Source: Myxococcota bacterium (GTDB lineage: Bacteria; Myxococcota_A; UBA9160; UBA4427). From it: a DNA stretch of 64,000 nucleotides. The stretch covers positions 2,272,001 to 2,336,000 of the forward strand of contig OZ252299.1 of the NCBI GenBank assembly GCA_965250285.1. The letters are read 5' to 3'. The notes below the pieces were generated by a model. That model was given only the letters and a program-made list of their open reading frames with translations. It was not told the DNA's origin and made no database searches. Positions 39,943-49,311 of the stretch are shown here, one piece after another. Numbering within the stretch: position 1 is the stretch's first letter; the number at the start of each line of letters is the position of its first letter. The position numbers and the translations under genes are program-made.

Positions 39943-40926
39943 ATGTCCCAGAGCAAGAAGGAAGCCCTCGAAGCCGAGCTGCGAAGCTTCGTCGGCAAGC
40001 CGATCGCGCCGAAGGCGCCCGGCCGCGACCCCGTCAATGCCCCGATGATCCGCCAGTGGTGCGACGCCATGGGCGAGGCGCACCCCGCTTATCTCTCCGA
40101 CGAGACCGCGGCGGGCACCGTGCACGGCGAGATCGTCGCGCCGCCCACGATGCTCCAGGCCTGGGTGATGGAGGGCTGGGTCATGCACGAAGGCTACGAC
40201 GTGCCCCGCAACGAGCAGCATCGCCTGCACAAGGTGCTGACCGACGCCGGCTACACGGGCGTGCTCGGGACGAATACCGAGGAGCACTACGAGCGCTACC
40301 TGAAGGTCGGCGACGAGGTGCACGCGCAGACCTTCATCGAAGAGATCAGCGACGAGAAGGCGACCGGCGCGGGCATCGGATACTTCATCACGACCCGCAC
40401 CGTGTTCGAGGACCAGCACGGCGAGCCGCTCGGCTGGATGACCTTTCGCGTGCTCAAGTTCAAGCCCGCGCAGGCGCAGGCCGCTGCGAGCGACGACGCG
40501 GGGGCCGACGCGATGCCGGCCAAGCCGTCGCGCATCAAGCCGCCGATGGCGCACGACAATGGCTGGTGGTGGGAGCGCGTCGCCGAAGACGGCGTGCTGC
40601 CGATCCAGCGCTGCAGCGACTGCGGCAAGCTGCGCCATCCGCCCCGGCCGATGTGCGACGCCTGCGGCAGCCTGGCGTACGACTCGATCGATGCCAGCGG
40701 CAAGGGCACCGTGCACACGTTCACGATCATGCACTCGCCGCAGATCCCCGGCTACGAGTACCCGCTCGTCGGCGCCCTGATCGATCTCGAAGAGGGAGAG
40801 CGCATCGCCTCGAACGTGATCGAGTGCGCCCCCGAAGACGTCTCGATCGGCATGCCCGTCGAGGTGGTGATTCACGAGGACGAGGACGGCTTCAAGCTGC
40901 CCATGTTCCGGCCGGCCGCGAAGTAG
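39943..40926 (+). CDS. chsH2: MaoC-like hydratase + DUF35 (Zn ribbon/OB-fold), ChsH2-like
   Basis: DPVNAPMIRQWCDAMG, APPTMLQAW; C-terminal QRCSDCG..HPPRPMCDACGS and GKGTVHTF. Confidence 0.85.
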   Translation: MSQSKKEALEAELRSFVGKPIAPKAPGRDPVNAPMIRQWCDAMGEAHPAYLSDETAAGTVHGEIVAPPTMLQAWVMEGWVMHEGYDVPRNEQHRLHKVLTDAGYTGVLGTNTEEHYERYLKVGDEVHAQTFIEEISDEKATGAGIGYFITTRTVFEDQHGEPLGWMTFRVLKFKPAQAQAAASDDAGADAMPAKPSRIKPPMAHDNGWWWERVAEDGVLPIQRCSDCGKLRHPPRPMCDACGSLAYDSIDASGKGTVHTFTIMHSPQIPGYEYPLVGALIDLEEGERIASNVIECAPEDVSIGMPVEVVIHEDEDGFKLPMFRPAAK

Positions 40927-40936
40927 GAGCCCCTGC

Positions 40937-41347
40937 ATGACCGAGACGTTGAACTCGAATCAGGTCGAAGAAGGCCTCGCCCTCCCCGACCTCGACATCC
41001 CCGTCACGTCGACGCTCGTCGTCGGCGGCGCGATGGCCTCGCGCGACTACACGCCTGTGCATCACGACGCCGGCGAGGCGCGCAAGCAGGGCCTGCCCGA
41101 CGTGATCATGAACATCCTCACGACCCAGGGGCTCTGCTCGCGCTACGTCACCGACTGGGCCGGCCCGAACGCCATCGTGAAGAGCGTCAAGACCAAGCTC
41201 GGCGGCCCGAACATGCCCGGCGACACGCTCAAGCTGCGCGGCAAGATCGTCCGCGCCGAGGGGCCCGAGGTCGACATCGAGATCGAGGGCAACAACAGCT
41301 GGGGCAATCACGTGACCGCCACCTTCACGGTCGAGCTGCCCGCCTGA
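40937..41347 (+). CDS. chsH1: MaoC family hydratase, ChsH1-like
   Basis: TLVVGGAMASRDYTPVHHD, MNILTTQGL..YVTDWAGP, GNHVTAT. Confidence 0.88.
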   Translation: MTETLNSNQVEEGLALPDLDIPVTSTLVVGGAMASRDYTPVHHDAGEARKQGLPDVIMNILTTQGLCSRYVTDWAGPNAIVKSVKTKLGGPNMPGDTLKLRGKIVRAEGPEVDIEIEGNNSWGNHVTATFTVELPA

Positions 41348-41417
41348 GCGGCGGGGCGCCGCGCGTCGAGACGCGACACGAACAGAACCAAGCAGAGAAA
41401 CGAGAGAAGAAGCGAAG

Positions 41418-42587
41418 ATGCCCACCTCCCTGCACAACGAAGCCGCCATCGTCGGCGTCGGCCAGACGGCCTACACGAAGAACTCGGGCGTGAGTGAGCT
41501 GCAGCTCGCCTGCGAGGCCGTGCGCAACGCGATCAGCGACGCCGGGCTCGCGCCCGACGAGGTCGACGGGCTCGTGACCTTCACGATGGATTCGAGCGAC
41601 GAGGTCGAGGTCGCGCGCGCCGTCGGCCTCGGCGACATGACGTTCTTCAGCCAGATCAACTACGGCGGCGGCGCCGCGGTCGGCCTCGTGCACCAGGCGG
41701 CGATGGCCGTGGCGACGGGGGCCGCGAAGAACGTCGTGGTCTACCGCGCCCTCAATGGGCGCTCGGGCCAGCGCATGGGCCAGGGCGTCTCGGGCAACAT
41801 CATCACGAGCGACACGATCCACTGGTCCTGGTACATGCCCTACGGCCTGCTGACCCCGGCGAGCTGGATCGCGCTGCAGGCGCAGCTCTACATGCACAAG
41901 TACGGCGCGACGAGCGAGAGCCTCGCCCACGTCGCCATCACCCAGCGCAAGCACGCCAACAACAACCCGAACGCCGCGATGCAGCACAAGACGATGACGA
42001 TGGACGACTACCTCGCGTCGCGCATGATGTGCGAGCCGCTGCGGCTCTTCGACTGCTGCCAGGAGGACGACGGCGGCTGCGCCCTCGTGATCACTACGCC
42101 CGAGCGCGCGAAGGATCTCGCCCAGCCCGCGGCCGTCATTCGCGGCGTCGCGCAGGCCTCTTTCGACGGCCAGGAGCAGATGACGAGCTTCTACCGCGAC
42201 GACCTCGCCTTCCTGCCCGAGATGGAGCTCGCGGCGAAGCAGGTCTACGCCCAGAGTGGCCTCGGGCCCGACGACATCGACGCCGCCTGCCTCTACGACG
42301 CGTTCACGCCCGAGGTGCTCATGCAGCTCGAAGCGTTCGGGTTCTGTGGCAAGGGTGAAGCGAAGGATTTCGTGACCGAGGATTCGCTCGGCGTGAACGG
42401 CCGACTGCCGAACAACACCCATGGCGGGCTGCTCAGCGAGGCCTACATCCACGGCGTGAACAACATCGCCGAGGGGGTCCGGCTCGTCCGCGGCACCTCG
42501 GTCAATCAGCCCGAGGGCGTCGAGCACGTACTGGTCTCGAGCGGCGTGGGCGTCCCGACCGGTGCGCTGATCCTCGGCCAGGCCTGA
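41418..42587 (+). CDS. ltp2: SCP-x-type thiolase-like lipid-transfer protein / steroid side-chain aldolase, Ltp2-like
   Basis: KNSGVSELQLACEA, YRALNGRS, PLRLFDCCQE, YDAFTP, NTHGGLLSEAYIHG; follows chsH2-chsH1. Confidence 0.88.
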   Translation: MPTSLHNEAAIVGVGQTAYTKNSGVSELQLACEAVRNAISDAGLAPDEVDGLVTFTMDSSDEVEVARAVGLGDMTFFSQINYGGGAAVGLVHQAAMAVATGAAKNVVVYRALNGRSGQRMGQGVSGNIITSDTIHWSWYMPYGLLTPASWIALQAQLYMHKYGATSESLAHVAITQRKHANNNPNAAMQHKTMTMDDYLASRMMCEPLRLFDCCQEDDGGCALVITTPERAKDLAQPAAVIRGVAQASFDGQEQMTSFYRDDLAFLPEMELAAKQVYAQSGLGPDDIDAACLYDAFTPEVLMQLEAFGFCGKGEAKDFVTEDSLGVNGRLPNNTHGGLLSEAYIHGVNNIAEGVRLVRGTSVNQPEGVEHVLVSSGVGVPTGALILGQA

Positions 42588-42692
42588 TTGCGAAACGGAT
42601 CCATCCGAAACGAAACGGCCCTTGCCTGACGCAGCCCCCGATGGGAGAGCCGATCTGCCGAGTCTGACACCGCGAGCGTGTGGAGAGCCGAC

Positions 42693-43538
42693 GTGCCGAG
42701 CCTGAGCCCCGACCAGATCGACCACTACCGCGAGCACGGGTGGGTCGTGGTACCGGGTGTGCTGAAGCCCGACGAGATCGAGCGCTACCGGGCCCGCGCG
42801 CGCGAGATCACCCTCGGCGACCTGCCCGAAGACGCGACCAACCGCCGGGTCATCGACATCGCGTTCGCCAAGGGCCAGCGCCCCATGCCCGACGATCCCG
42901 AGCACGCGATCTGGAAGATCATGAACCCGGATCGCTTCGATCCCCTGTTTCGCGACTTCATGCGCACGCCGGCGGTGCTCGATGCAGTCGAGAGCCTGCT
43001 CGGTCCCGACCTGCTCGCCTTCCTGCTGATGTTCATCTACAAGCCGCCGCGGCTCGCGAGCTCGGTGCATCCGTTTCACCAGGACGCGCTCTACTTTCCG
43101 TTCGAGCCCCAGGATCTGTGCTGCGGCGTCTGGATCCCCCTCGACGACGTCGACGCCACGAACGGCACCCTTTCGATCGTGCCGGGCTCGCATCGACGCG
43201 AGGTCATCGCGCACGAGATGCGCGAGGGGATCAACTTCGGCGCGCTGGCTGCGACCGAGGTCGAAGGCAATGCCGTCGAGCACGCCGCGGCGCTCGACAT
43301 GGAGATGCCGGCCGGCGACTGCCTGCTCTTCAACACGCGCCTGCTCCACCGTTCGGGCGGCAACCAGACCGACCGCCACCGACGCGTGCTCACGCTCCAC
43401 ATGGCGAGCGCGCGGTGTCGACCGACCGGGGCGCAGTTCAACGAGTTCGGCTTCACGTCCGTCCGCGGGCGCACGTTCGAAGGCTGCCTGCAGCCGGTCG
43501 ACGCGCCGAGCCTCGAGCTTCGCCACCAGATGATCTAG
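42693..43538 (+). CDS. Phytanoyl-CoA dioxygenase family (Fe/2OG)
   Basis: HQD motif, WIPLDD..TNGTLSIVPGSH, GDCLLF..LLHRSGGN..RR. Confidence 0.92.
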   Translation: MPSLSPDQIDHYREHGWVVVPGVLKPDEIERYRARAREITLGDLPEDATNRRVIDIAFAKGQRPMPDDPEHAIWKIMNPDRFDPLFRDFMRTPAVLDAVESLLGPDLLAFLLMFIYKPPRLASSVHPFHQDALYFPFEPQDLCCGVWIPLDDVDATNGTLSIVPGSHRREVIAHEMREGINFGALAATEVEGNAVEHAAALDMEMPAGDCLLFNTRLLHRSGGNQTDRHRRVLTLHMASARCRPTGAQFNEFGFTSVRGRTFEGCLQPVDAPSLELRHQMI

Positions 43539-43714
43539 CGCCCGGGCACGCCGCGTGCCCTTCCCCACGGCACGGCCGGGGTCGTGTCCCGAATTCGGGA
43601 CGCGATGCCCCCGCTTGCGCGGGCCCCGCTTCGATGTTCACCCCGGGCCCCGTCACGCCGATGCGTGCGAACGAAGACCCTACGCGCCACGGCGTAGGCG
43701 TTCGGGGGACATCG

Positions 43715-44479
43715 ATGTCGGGCGCACAACTTCTCCAGGCCGTCGCGGGCACGGTCTACATGGCCACGATCACGACGGTCGGGCTCCGCCTCATCTTCCT
43801 CGCACGGCGCAATCGCACCTGGCCCGAGCTGATGCTCGGCATCTCGCTCTTCGTCGGCGGCACGATCGCCGCGACCGTCGAGGCGGCCGGCATGAGCGGC
43901 CACGTCTACTTCACGCCCGAGGTGAGCGGTACGCTGCTCGCCATCGGCAAGGCGCTCGGCATCGCCGGCTTCATCCTGCAGGCGCTCTTCGTTCGGATGG
44001 TGTTCCGCCCCGACGACCGCTGGGCCCTCGGCCTCGTCTTCGCCATCGCGATGCTGCTCACGGGGACGTTCGCTGCGTTCTACCTCGCAGGGAGCTTCTC
44101 GACGGGCCAGATGCCGCTGCCCATCTTCCTCTCCGAGCTGACCGCTCGCTGTACCGGCTCGTTCTGGCTGATCTTCGAATCGCTGCGGTACTACGGGTTC
44201 ATGCGCAAGCGGCTCGGCCTGGGCCTCGCCGATCCGGTCGTGGCCGATCGGTTTCGCCTGTTTGCCATCGCAGCCATTGCCGGGCTCTGCCTGCTGGCCA
44301 CCTCGGTGCCGCCGATGATCTGGCCCGCGGCCGACTCACGCTGGCTCGACCTGCTGATCCCGTTCTTCGCCGCTTCGGGCGTGACGGCGAGCGTCGCCTT
44401 CCTGCTCGCGTTCTTCCCGCCGGCCTGGTACCGCGCGCGCATCGAGCGGCAGCATGCCGACACGGCGCCGGCGCACTAG
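43715..44479 (+). CDS. Multi-pass membrane protein of unknown function, paralog of 31722-32450
   Basis: About 7 TM; PELMLG, MRKRLGLGLADPVVADRF, AFFPPAWYR. Confidence 0.8.
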   Translation: MSGAQLLQAVAGTVYMATITTVGLRLIFLARRNRTWPELMLGISLFVGGTIAATVEAAGMSGHVYFTPEVSGTLLAIGKALGIAGFILQALFVRMVFRPDDRWALGLVFAIAMLLTGTFAAFYLAGSFSTGQMPLPIFLSELTARCTGSFWLIFESLRYYGFMRKRLGLGLADPVVADRFRLFAIAAIAGLCLLATSVPPMIWPAADSRWLDLLIPFFAASGVTASVAFLLAFFPPAWYRARIERQHADTAPAH

Positions 44480-45096
44480 AGATTCTCGGCGTAGTCCTTC
44501 TCGATCGCCTCGTCGACGAGATCGGCGACCTTGTCATCGAGATCGAACCGCTTCTTCGCCATCTGACCGAACGAGACCTTCAGGCGTTCGCCCCACGTCT
44601 CGGGCTTCCAGAGCTTCGAGCGGATGAAGGCCTTGGCGCAGTGATGGAAGCACTCGTCGACCTCGACGCGCAGCGCGAGGAGCGCGGGCTTCCCGCGCGC
44701 AGAAAGCCGCTCGCAGGTCGCCGGATCGGTCGTGATCGAGGCCCGACCGTTCACGCGCACCGTCTCGTTCGTCCCCGGCAGCATGAAGAGCAGCCCGACG
44801 TGCGGGTTGTCGATCACGTTCACGAGCCCGTACGCCAGCTTGTTACCGGGGCGCTCGGGCAGCACGATCGTCCGCTCGTCTTCGACCCAGACGAAGCCCG
44901 GCGCGTCCCCCTTCGGCGACGCATCCTGCTGGCCGTCGCTGTTCGACGTCGAAACGACGACGAACGGGGCTCGCTCGATGTACTCACGCGCTTCGTCGGT
45001 GACGAAGTCGGTCACCTTGGCGACCGTACCGGGCAGGGGCTCACCGAGCACCCCGCGCAGCGCCTCGATCGATTCGATCGCGTACTCGTCCGACAT
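44476..45096 (-). CDS. FMN-binding PPOX-type flavoprotein (MSMEG_1061-like)
   Basis: DASPKGDAPGFV, PERPGN, NPHVGLLFMLPG.NETVRVNGRA, HCAKAFIRSKLW. Confidence 0.9.
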   Translation of the reverse strand: MSDEYAIESIEALRGVLGEPLPGTVAKVTDFVTDEAREYIERAPFVVVSTSNSDGQQDASPKGDAPGFVWVEDERTIVLPERPGNKLAYGLVNVIDNPHVGLLFMLPGTNETVRVNGRASITTDPATCERLSARGKPALLALRVEVDECFHHCAKAFIRSKLWKPETWGERLKVSFGQMAKKRFDLDDKVADLVDEAIEKDYAENL

Positions 45097-45412
45097 GCTG
45101 GCCTCCATTTCGATCGGCTCCCGGTGCCGCCCGAACACGGGACCGGCGGCCTGCACAGAAGGGCTGTGTGCGAGACCGCGCGGCGATGGGCGGTACATCG
45201 AGGGCGGGTTGGAGGGCAGCTGGCGGCGCGCTCGCGTGCCCCATCTTCGAGCCGAAGCTAGCCGAAGCGGGACCGAGACGCGCGGGCACGGACGACAGCG
45301 ACGGGTCGAACGCCCATCGAGCGCTCGCGGGCCCGGCTCCGGCGGGCGGGCGGTTCGAGCCGAATCGTCGAGGCAAACCCAGCGGCCGGCGGGTACATCG
45401 CCCGCTTCGGCC

Positions 45413-47482
45413 TCAGATGTTGAAGCGACCGACCTCTTCGTCGAGGACGCGCGCGCGCTCCGAGAGCTCGCCGAGGCTCTCCTGCATTCCGACCCGGCGG
45501 TGATTGCTCTCGCCCACCGCTTCGCGGAAGACCTGGATCGCCTGCAGGATCTGATCGCCCTGCTTCGCCTGCTCCTTGGTCGACGCGAGGATCTGCTCGA
45601 TCCGCGAGGCCACCACCTCGACGCTGCGGGTGATGTGCTCGCTCTCCTTGCGCTGTTCCTGGGTCGAGTGCTTGATTCGCTGGCCGAGGTCACGCATGTG
45701 CTCGACGGCGCGCGTGATGTCGGCACTCGCGTTGTCCTGCTCGTGCGTCCCGCGGTTCAGCTGCTCGGCGATCGTCCGCAGCTGGGTCATCTGCTCTTCG
45801 ACCTTCTCGATGTCGCGGGTCTGCCCCTCGGTCGCCGAGACGATGTCGTCGACGCGCCGCGCCGACTCTTCGGCGGCCTCACCGATGCCGCGCAGGATCG
45901 TGCCGGCCTCTCGTGAGAGGGCCACACCGTTGCGCACGCGATCGTTGCCCGTGTTCATCGCGACGACCGCCGCCTCGACACCGCCCTGCACGGCGGTGAT
46001 CAGCTCGGAGATCTCGCGGGTCGACCCGGCGGTGCGCTCTGCGAGATTGCGGACCTCTTCGGCGACGACGGCGAAAGCACGGCCGTGCTCGCCGGCCTGG
46101 CTCGAGATGATCGCGGCGTTGAGGGCGAGCAGATTCGTCTGCTCGACGACGCCCTCGATGACCTTGACGATCTCACCGATCGAGCCCGACTTGTCGGACA
46201 GATCGACGATGATCCTCTCGAGGCCCTCGAAGCTGACCTGGATCTCCTGCATGCCGCGCACGGTCTCGTCGACGCTCTTGACGCCCTCCGAGGCCTGGTC
46301 GGCCGTCTTGGCCGAGAGCTCATGCGTCTCGCGCGCGTTGCCCTCGACGCGCTTGACGGCGCCGAGCAGCAGCTGCAGCGCGCCCGACGTCGACTCGCTC
46401 GAGCCGTTCAGGATGTCGGCGCTCTGGGCAATCTCGCGAATGGCCGTGGTCATCTCGACGACCGAGGACGCGGTCGCGTCGATGGTCTCCGAGAGGCTGT
46501 CCATGTGCGTCGCGATCTGGCCGATGGCGACGTCCATCTGCGACGCCGCCGCCGAGGTCTCCATCGCGGTGCCCGAGAGAGTCTCGACGTTCGTGTTGAC
46601 GTCGCTGATCGAGTGGTGGATGCGCTCGATCGCCTCGCTCGTCCCTTCGACGGCCTGCTCCTGTCGCGTGGCGTCGCTGGCCATCGACTCGCCGGCGAGC
46701 TCGAGGGTCGACGTCACGCCGCCGACGGCCCGGGTGTTCTCGCGCACCTGAGAAACCAGGCCACGCAGGCTGCCGGCCATGCGGTTGAACGCCCGGGCGA
46801 GCTCGCCGATCTCGTCCTCGGAGCCCACCGCGACCTGCACCGACAGATCGCCCTCGGCCATGCGGCCGGCGCCGTCGACGAGGTCGATGATCGGCGTCGC
46901 GATCTGACGCCGCATGATGGTCGCGCCCAGGTAGCAGAAGCCGAGCGCCGCCAGCAGAACGCCGCCAACGATCAGCATGAAGACGCGCGCGAAGGCCGTC
47001 AGCTGGCCGGTATCCATCTGGATGAACACCAGGCCCTGCTCCTCGCCGTCGACGAGGATCGGCTCGGTCAGCTCGAGCCGGCCCGGATGAAAGCGGTTGC
47101 CGACCTGGGGCGCCTGGGGCACCTCGAAGTTGGTCACGTCCGATCGCAGATAGCCCGCGAAGGCCTCTCCGCCCTGGTCGTAGACCACGGCGGCCATGAC
47201 GTGCTCTTGTGCCGCGAGGGCGCTGAGCGTCTCCTCGGCGGTCTGTGCGTCGTTGAAGAGGAGCGCAGCCGACGAGTTCATGCCGACCACGCGGGCGAGC
47301 ACCTCGCCCTCACGCACCATGTCGCCGCGAAACGCGACGAACTGAAACGCGAAGATCGCCCCCGATACGAGGACGAGGGCGATGACGGTGGTGAGCATGT
47401 AGCTCACGACCAGTCGGTTGCGAATCGACGTCGAGGCCATGAACGACGCCCCAGGGAGCTTGACCTTGCCTTCCATCGGCAC
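45413..47482 (-). CDS. Methyl-accepting chemotaxis protein with CHASE8-like periplasmic domain and HAMP
   Basis: Two TM; SAALLFNDAQTAEETLSAL; HAMP DEIGELARAFNRM; signalling tip QTNLLALNAAIISSQAGEHGRAFAVVAEEVRNLAERT. Confidence 0.92.
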   Translation of the reverse strand: MPMEGKVKLPGASFMASTSIRNRLVVSYMLTTVIALVLVSGAIFAFQFVAFRGDMVREGEVLARVVGMNSSAALLFNDAQTAEETLSALAAQEHVMAAVVYDQGGEAFAGYLRSDVTNFEVPQAPQVGNRFHPGRLELTEPILVDGEEQGLVFIQMDTGQLTAFARVFMLIVGGVLLAALGFCYLGATIMRRQIATPIIDLVDGAGRMAEGDLSVQVAVGSEDEIGELARAFNRMAGSLRGLVSQVRENTRAVGGVTSTLELAGESMASDATRQEQAVEGTSEAIERIHHSISDVNTNVETLSGTAMETSAAASQMDVAIGQIATHMDSLSETIDATASSVVEMTTAIREIAQSADILNGSSESTSGALQLLLGAVKRVEGNARETHELSAKTADQASEGVKSVDETVRGMQEIQVSFEGLERIIVDLSDKSGSIGEIVKVIEGVVEQTNLLALNAAIISSQAGEHGRAFAVVAEEVRNLAERTAGSTREISELITAVQGGVEAAVVAMNTGNDRVRNGVALSREAGTILRGIGEAAEESARRVDDIVSATEGQTRDIEKVEEQMTQLRTIAEQLNRGTHEQDNASADITRAVEHMRDLGQRIKHSTQEQRKESEHITRSVEVVASRIEQILASTKEQAKQGDQILQAIQVFREAVGESNHRRVGMQESLGELSERARVLDEEVGRFNI

Positions 47483-47485
47483 TTC

Positions 47486-48043
47486 CTACTCCACGACCTG
47501 GGCGATGCGAAGCAGGCGCGAGCTGATCTTCAGCCCCGCCGCATCGGCGGCCTTCTTGTTGATCACGAAGCGGATCTTGTCGTCGACCGTCACGAAGTTC
47601 GCGACACCGCCCCGCTTCGCGAAGCCATCGTTGTCCGAGACGGTGAGGACGCTGCGCTTGCCGAAGGTCGCCAGCACTTCACTCTCGTCGCCCTTGCGAC
47701 CGGCCGCGACGTAGAGGATGTGACAGCCGCGCGAAGCGAGGACGCTGGGCGTGGGCTTCACGACGACCTCGCGCTCGCCGACGGCCCGGCCGTTGATGCT
47801 GTCGGTGGCGACCTGCGTGAACGATGCGTCTCCGAGCACGCAGATCTTGACCGGATCCGACTCGTCGCTGAACGCGGATTCGGGCCACTCGACGAAGCGA
47901 ACGAAGTTGAAGAGATAGGCCGCCTGCACGTCGTTGGCCGACGGGCTCCCCGCCGCCGACGCCTGCAGCGCCACGAAGCCGATCCCCGCGAGCGCGCATG
48001 CGCCGACCGCCGCGGCGAACTTGCGAATCGTGGACGTCTCCAT
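47486..48043 (-). CDS. yfiR: YfiR family periplasmic protein (DUF4154)
   Basis: Signal peptide; VQAAYLFNFVRFVEWP, ICVLG, CHILYV, VLTVSD, GLKISSRLLRIA. Confidence 0.9.
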   Translation of the reverse strand: METSTIRKFAAAVGACALAGIGFVALQASAAGSPSANDVQAAYLFNFVRFVEWPESAFSDESDPVKICVLGDASFTQVATDSINGRAVGEREVVVKPTPSVLASRGCHILYVAAGRKGDESEVLATFGKRSVLTVSDNDGFAKRGGVANFVTVDDKIRFVINKKAADAAGLKISSRLLRIAQVVE

Positions 48044-48381
48044 CGAACCCTCCGAGTGGCCGTCGAGGCACGCGCAACGAAGTCGGCCGCGCACACGCCT
48101 CGTCAGCCGCATCGACACGCCGCGTCCGTTGGACGACGCACGTCTCGAGCGACTCCTGCGTACGCCCTCTCATCGGCACGTCATGCGCAGAAGTGGACTT
48201 CAATCTGCAGTGGAACCGCAGCACTCGGGCGAATCACGTGCAGCGTGCGCGCAGCCGCGCACCGCCTGCTCACCGATTCTCGGCCTGGCCGGAACCGACG
48301 ATTCCAGCCCGAGCGGAACCCCCCGGGCGCCTGTCGAGGGTGGCGCGCCCCCACGCGGGCGAGGGAGCCTCGCGACGGGCG

Positions 48382-49122
48382 TCACGCGAGATGCGATTGC
48401 AGTGCGGCGCGAACCTTCTCGGGATCGGAGCGTTGCTGATAGTTCTCGGACTGATCCATCCAGACGATCGTGCCGGAGGCGTCCGCGAGAATCGTCGTCG
48501 GCACCGGCTGGGGTCGCCCGGGCGGCCCGGTCTGGATCAACTGATTTCGCAACCCGAATCGATCGGTCACCTCGAGGTCGGGATCGGCGAGCATGATCGC
48601 CTTCAGACCGTGCTTCGTGCGGCCTCGCGCGATCGCACCGGGCGAGTCAGTACACACCGTGACGATCTGAACGCCCTTCGCGTCGAGCTCGGGCCGAAGC
48701 TCTTCCCATCGCCGCAACTCGGCGACACAGTAGGGTCACCAGTGGCCGCGGAAGAACTTCAGCAGGATCGGCCGCCCCTCGATGCCCGAGAGCGTGAAGG
48801 GCTTCGCATCGTCGTCGAGGGCCGTGACGTCGGGCAGCTTCGTGCCGACACGCACGGCGTCGGGCGCCACCTGCTGGCGGCTGATCGCGACGAGCACCGT
48901 GAAGAAGCCCCCCGCCGCGAGCCCGAGCCCACCGAGCAGGCCCCCGATCCAGCCGGGTGAGCTCGTCAGGGCCGAGGCACCGAGCCCCGCCGCGACGACC
49001 CAGCCGACGACGAACGGGGTGCGCGCGCCCTCGAGGGCCACAGCGTTGGCGCGGCGAAACCAGAGCACCGAGGTGACGGCGAGGATCGTGAAGGAGACGA
49101 TTCCGAGTGTGAATCCGCTCAT
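48382..49122 (-). CDS. Membrane-anchored peroxiredoxin-like (AhpC/TSA) selenoprotein, 246 aa with Sec at TGA 48736-48738
   Basis: The two track ORFs are in one frame and join as LLKFFRGHW-(TGA)-PYCVAELRRW, a UxxC motif. SECIS-like hairpin follows. About 3 N-terminal TM helices. Confidence 0.88.
48705..48738 (-). other. Bacterial SECIS-like element
   Basis: UGA-CCCUACUGU-GUCGCCG-[AGUUG]-CGGCGAU-GGG: 7-bp stem, loop starts 16 nt after UGA, G at loop position 2. Confidence 0.7.
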
Positions 49123-49311
49123 GGCCGAGGCTCCTTCTGGCTGGCACAGCTGGATCGAACCGACCGGGCGCTGCAGCGAGTCTCGCACGCAGCGCGCCGC
49201 CGGGCGACCCGATCCGCCTGACGGCTTCGATGCCGGAGGGTACGCTTCGTTCTCGATGCTCGCGGCCGTCCGAGCCGAACCGAACCGCGACCGCCCACCA
49301 CCGAGGTCCTC

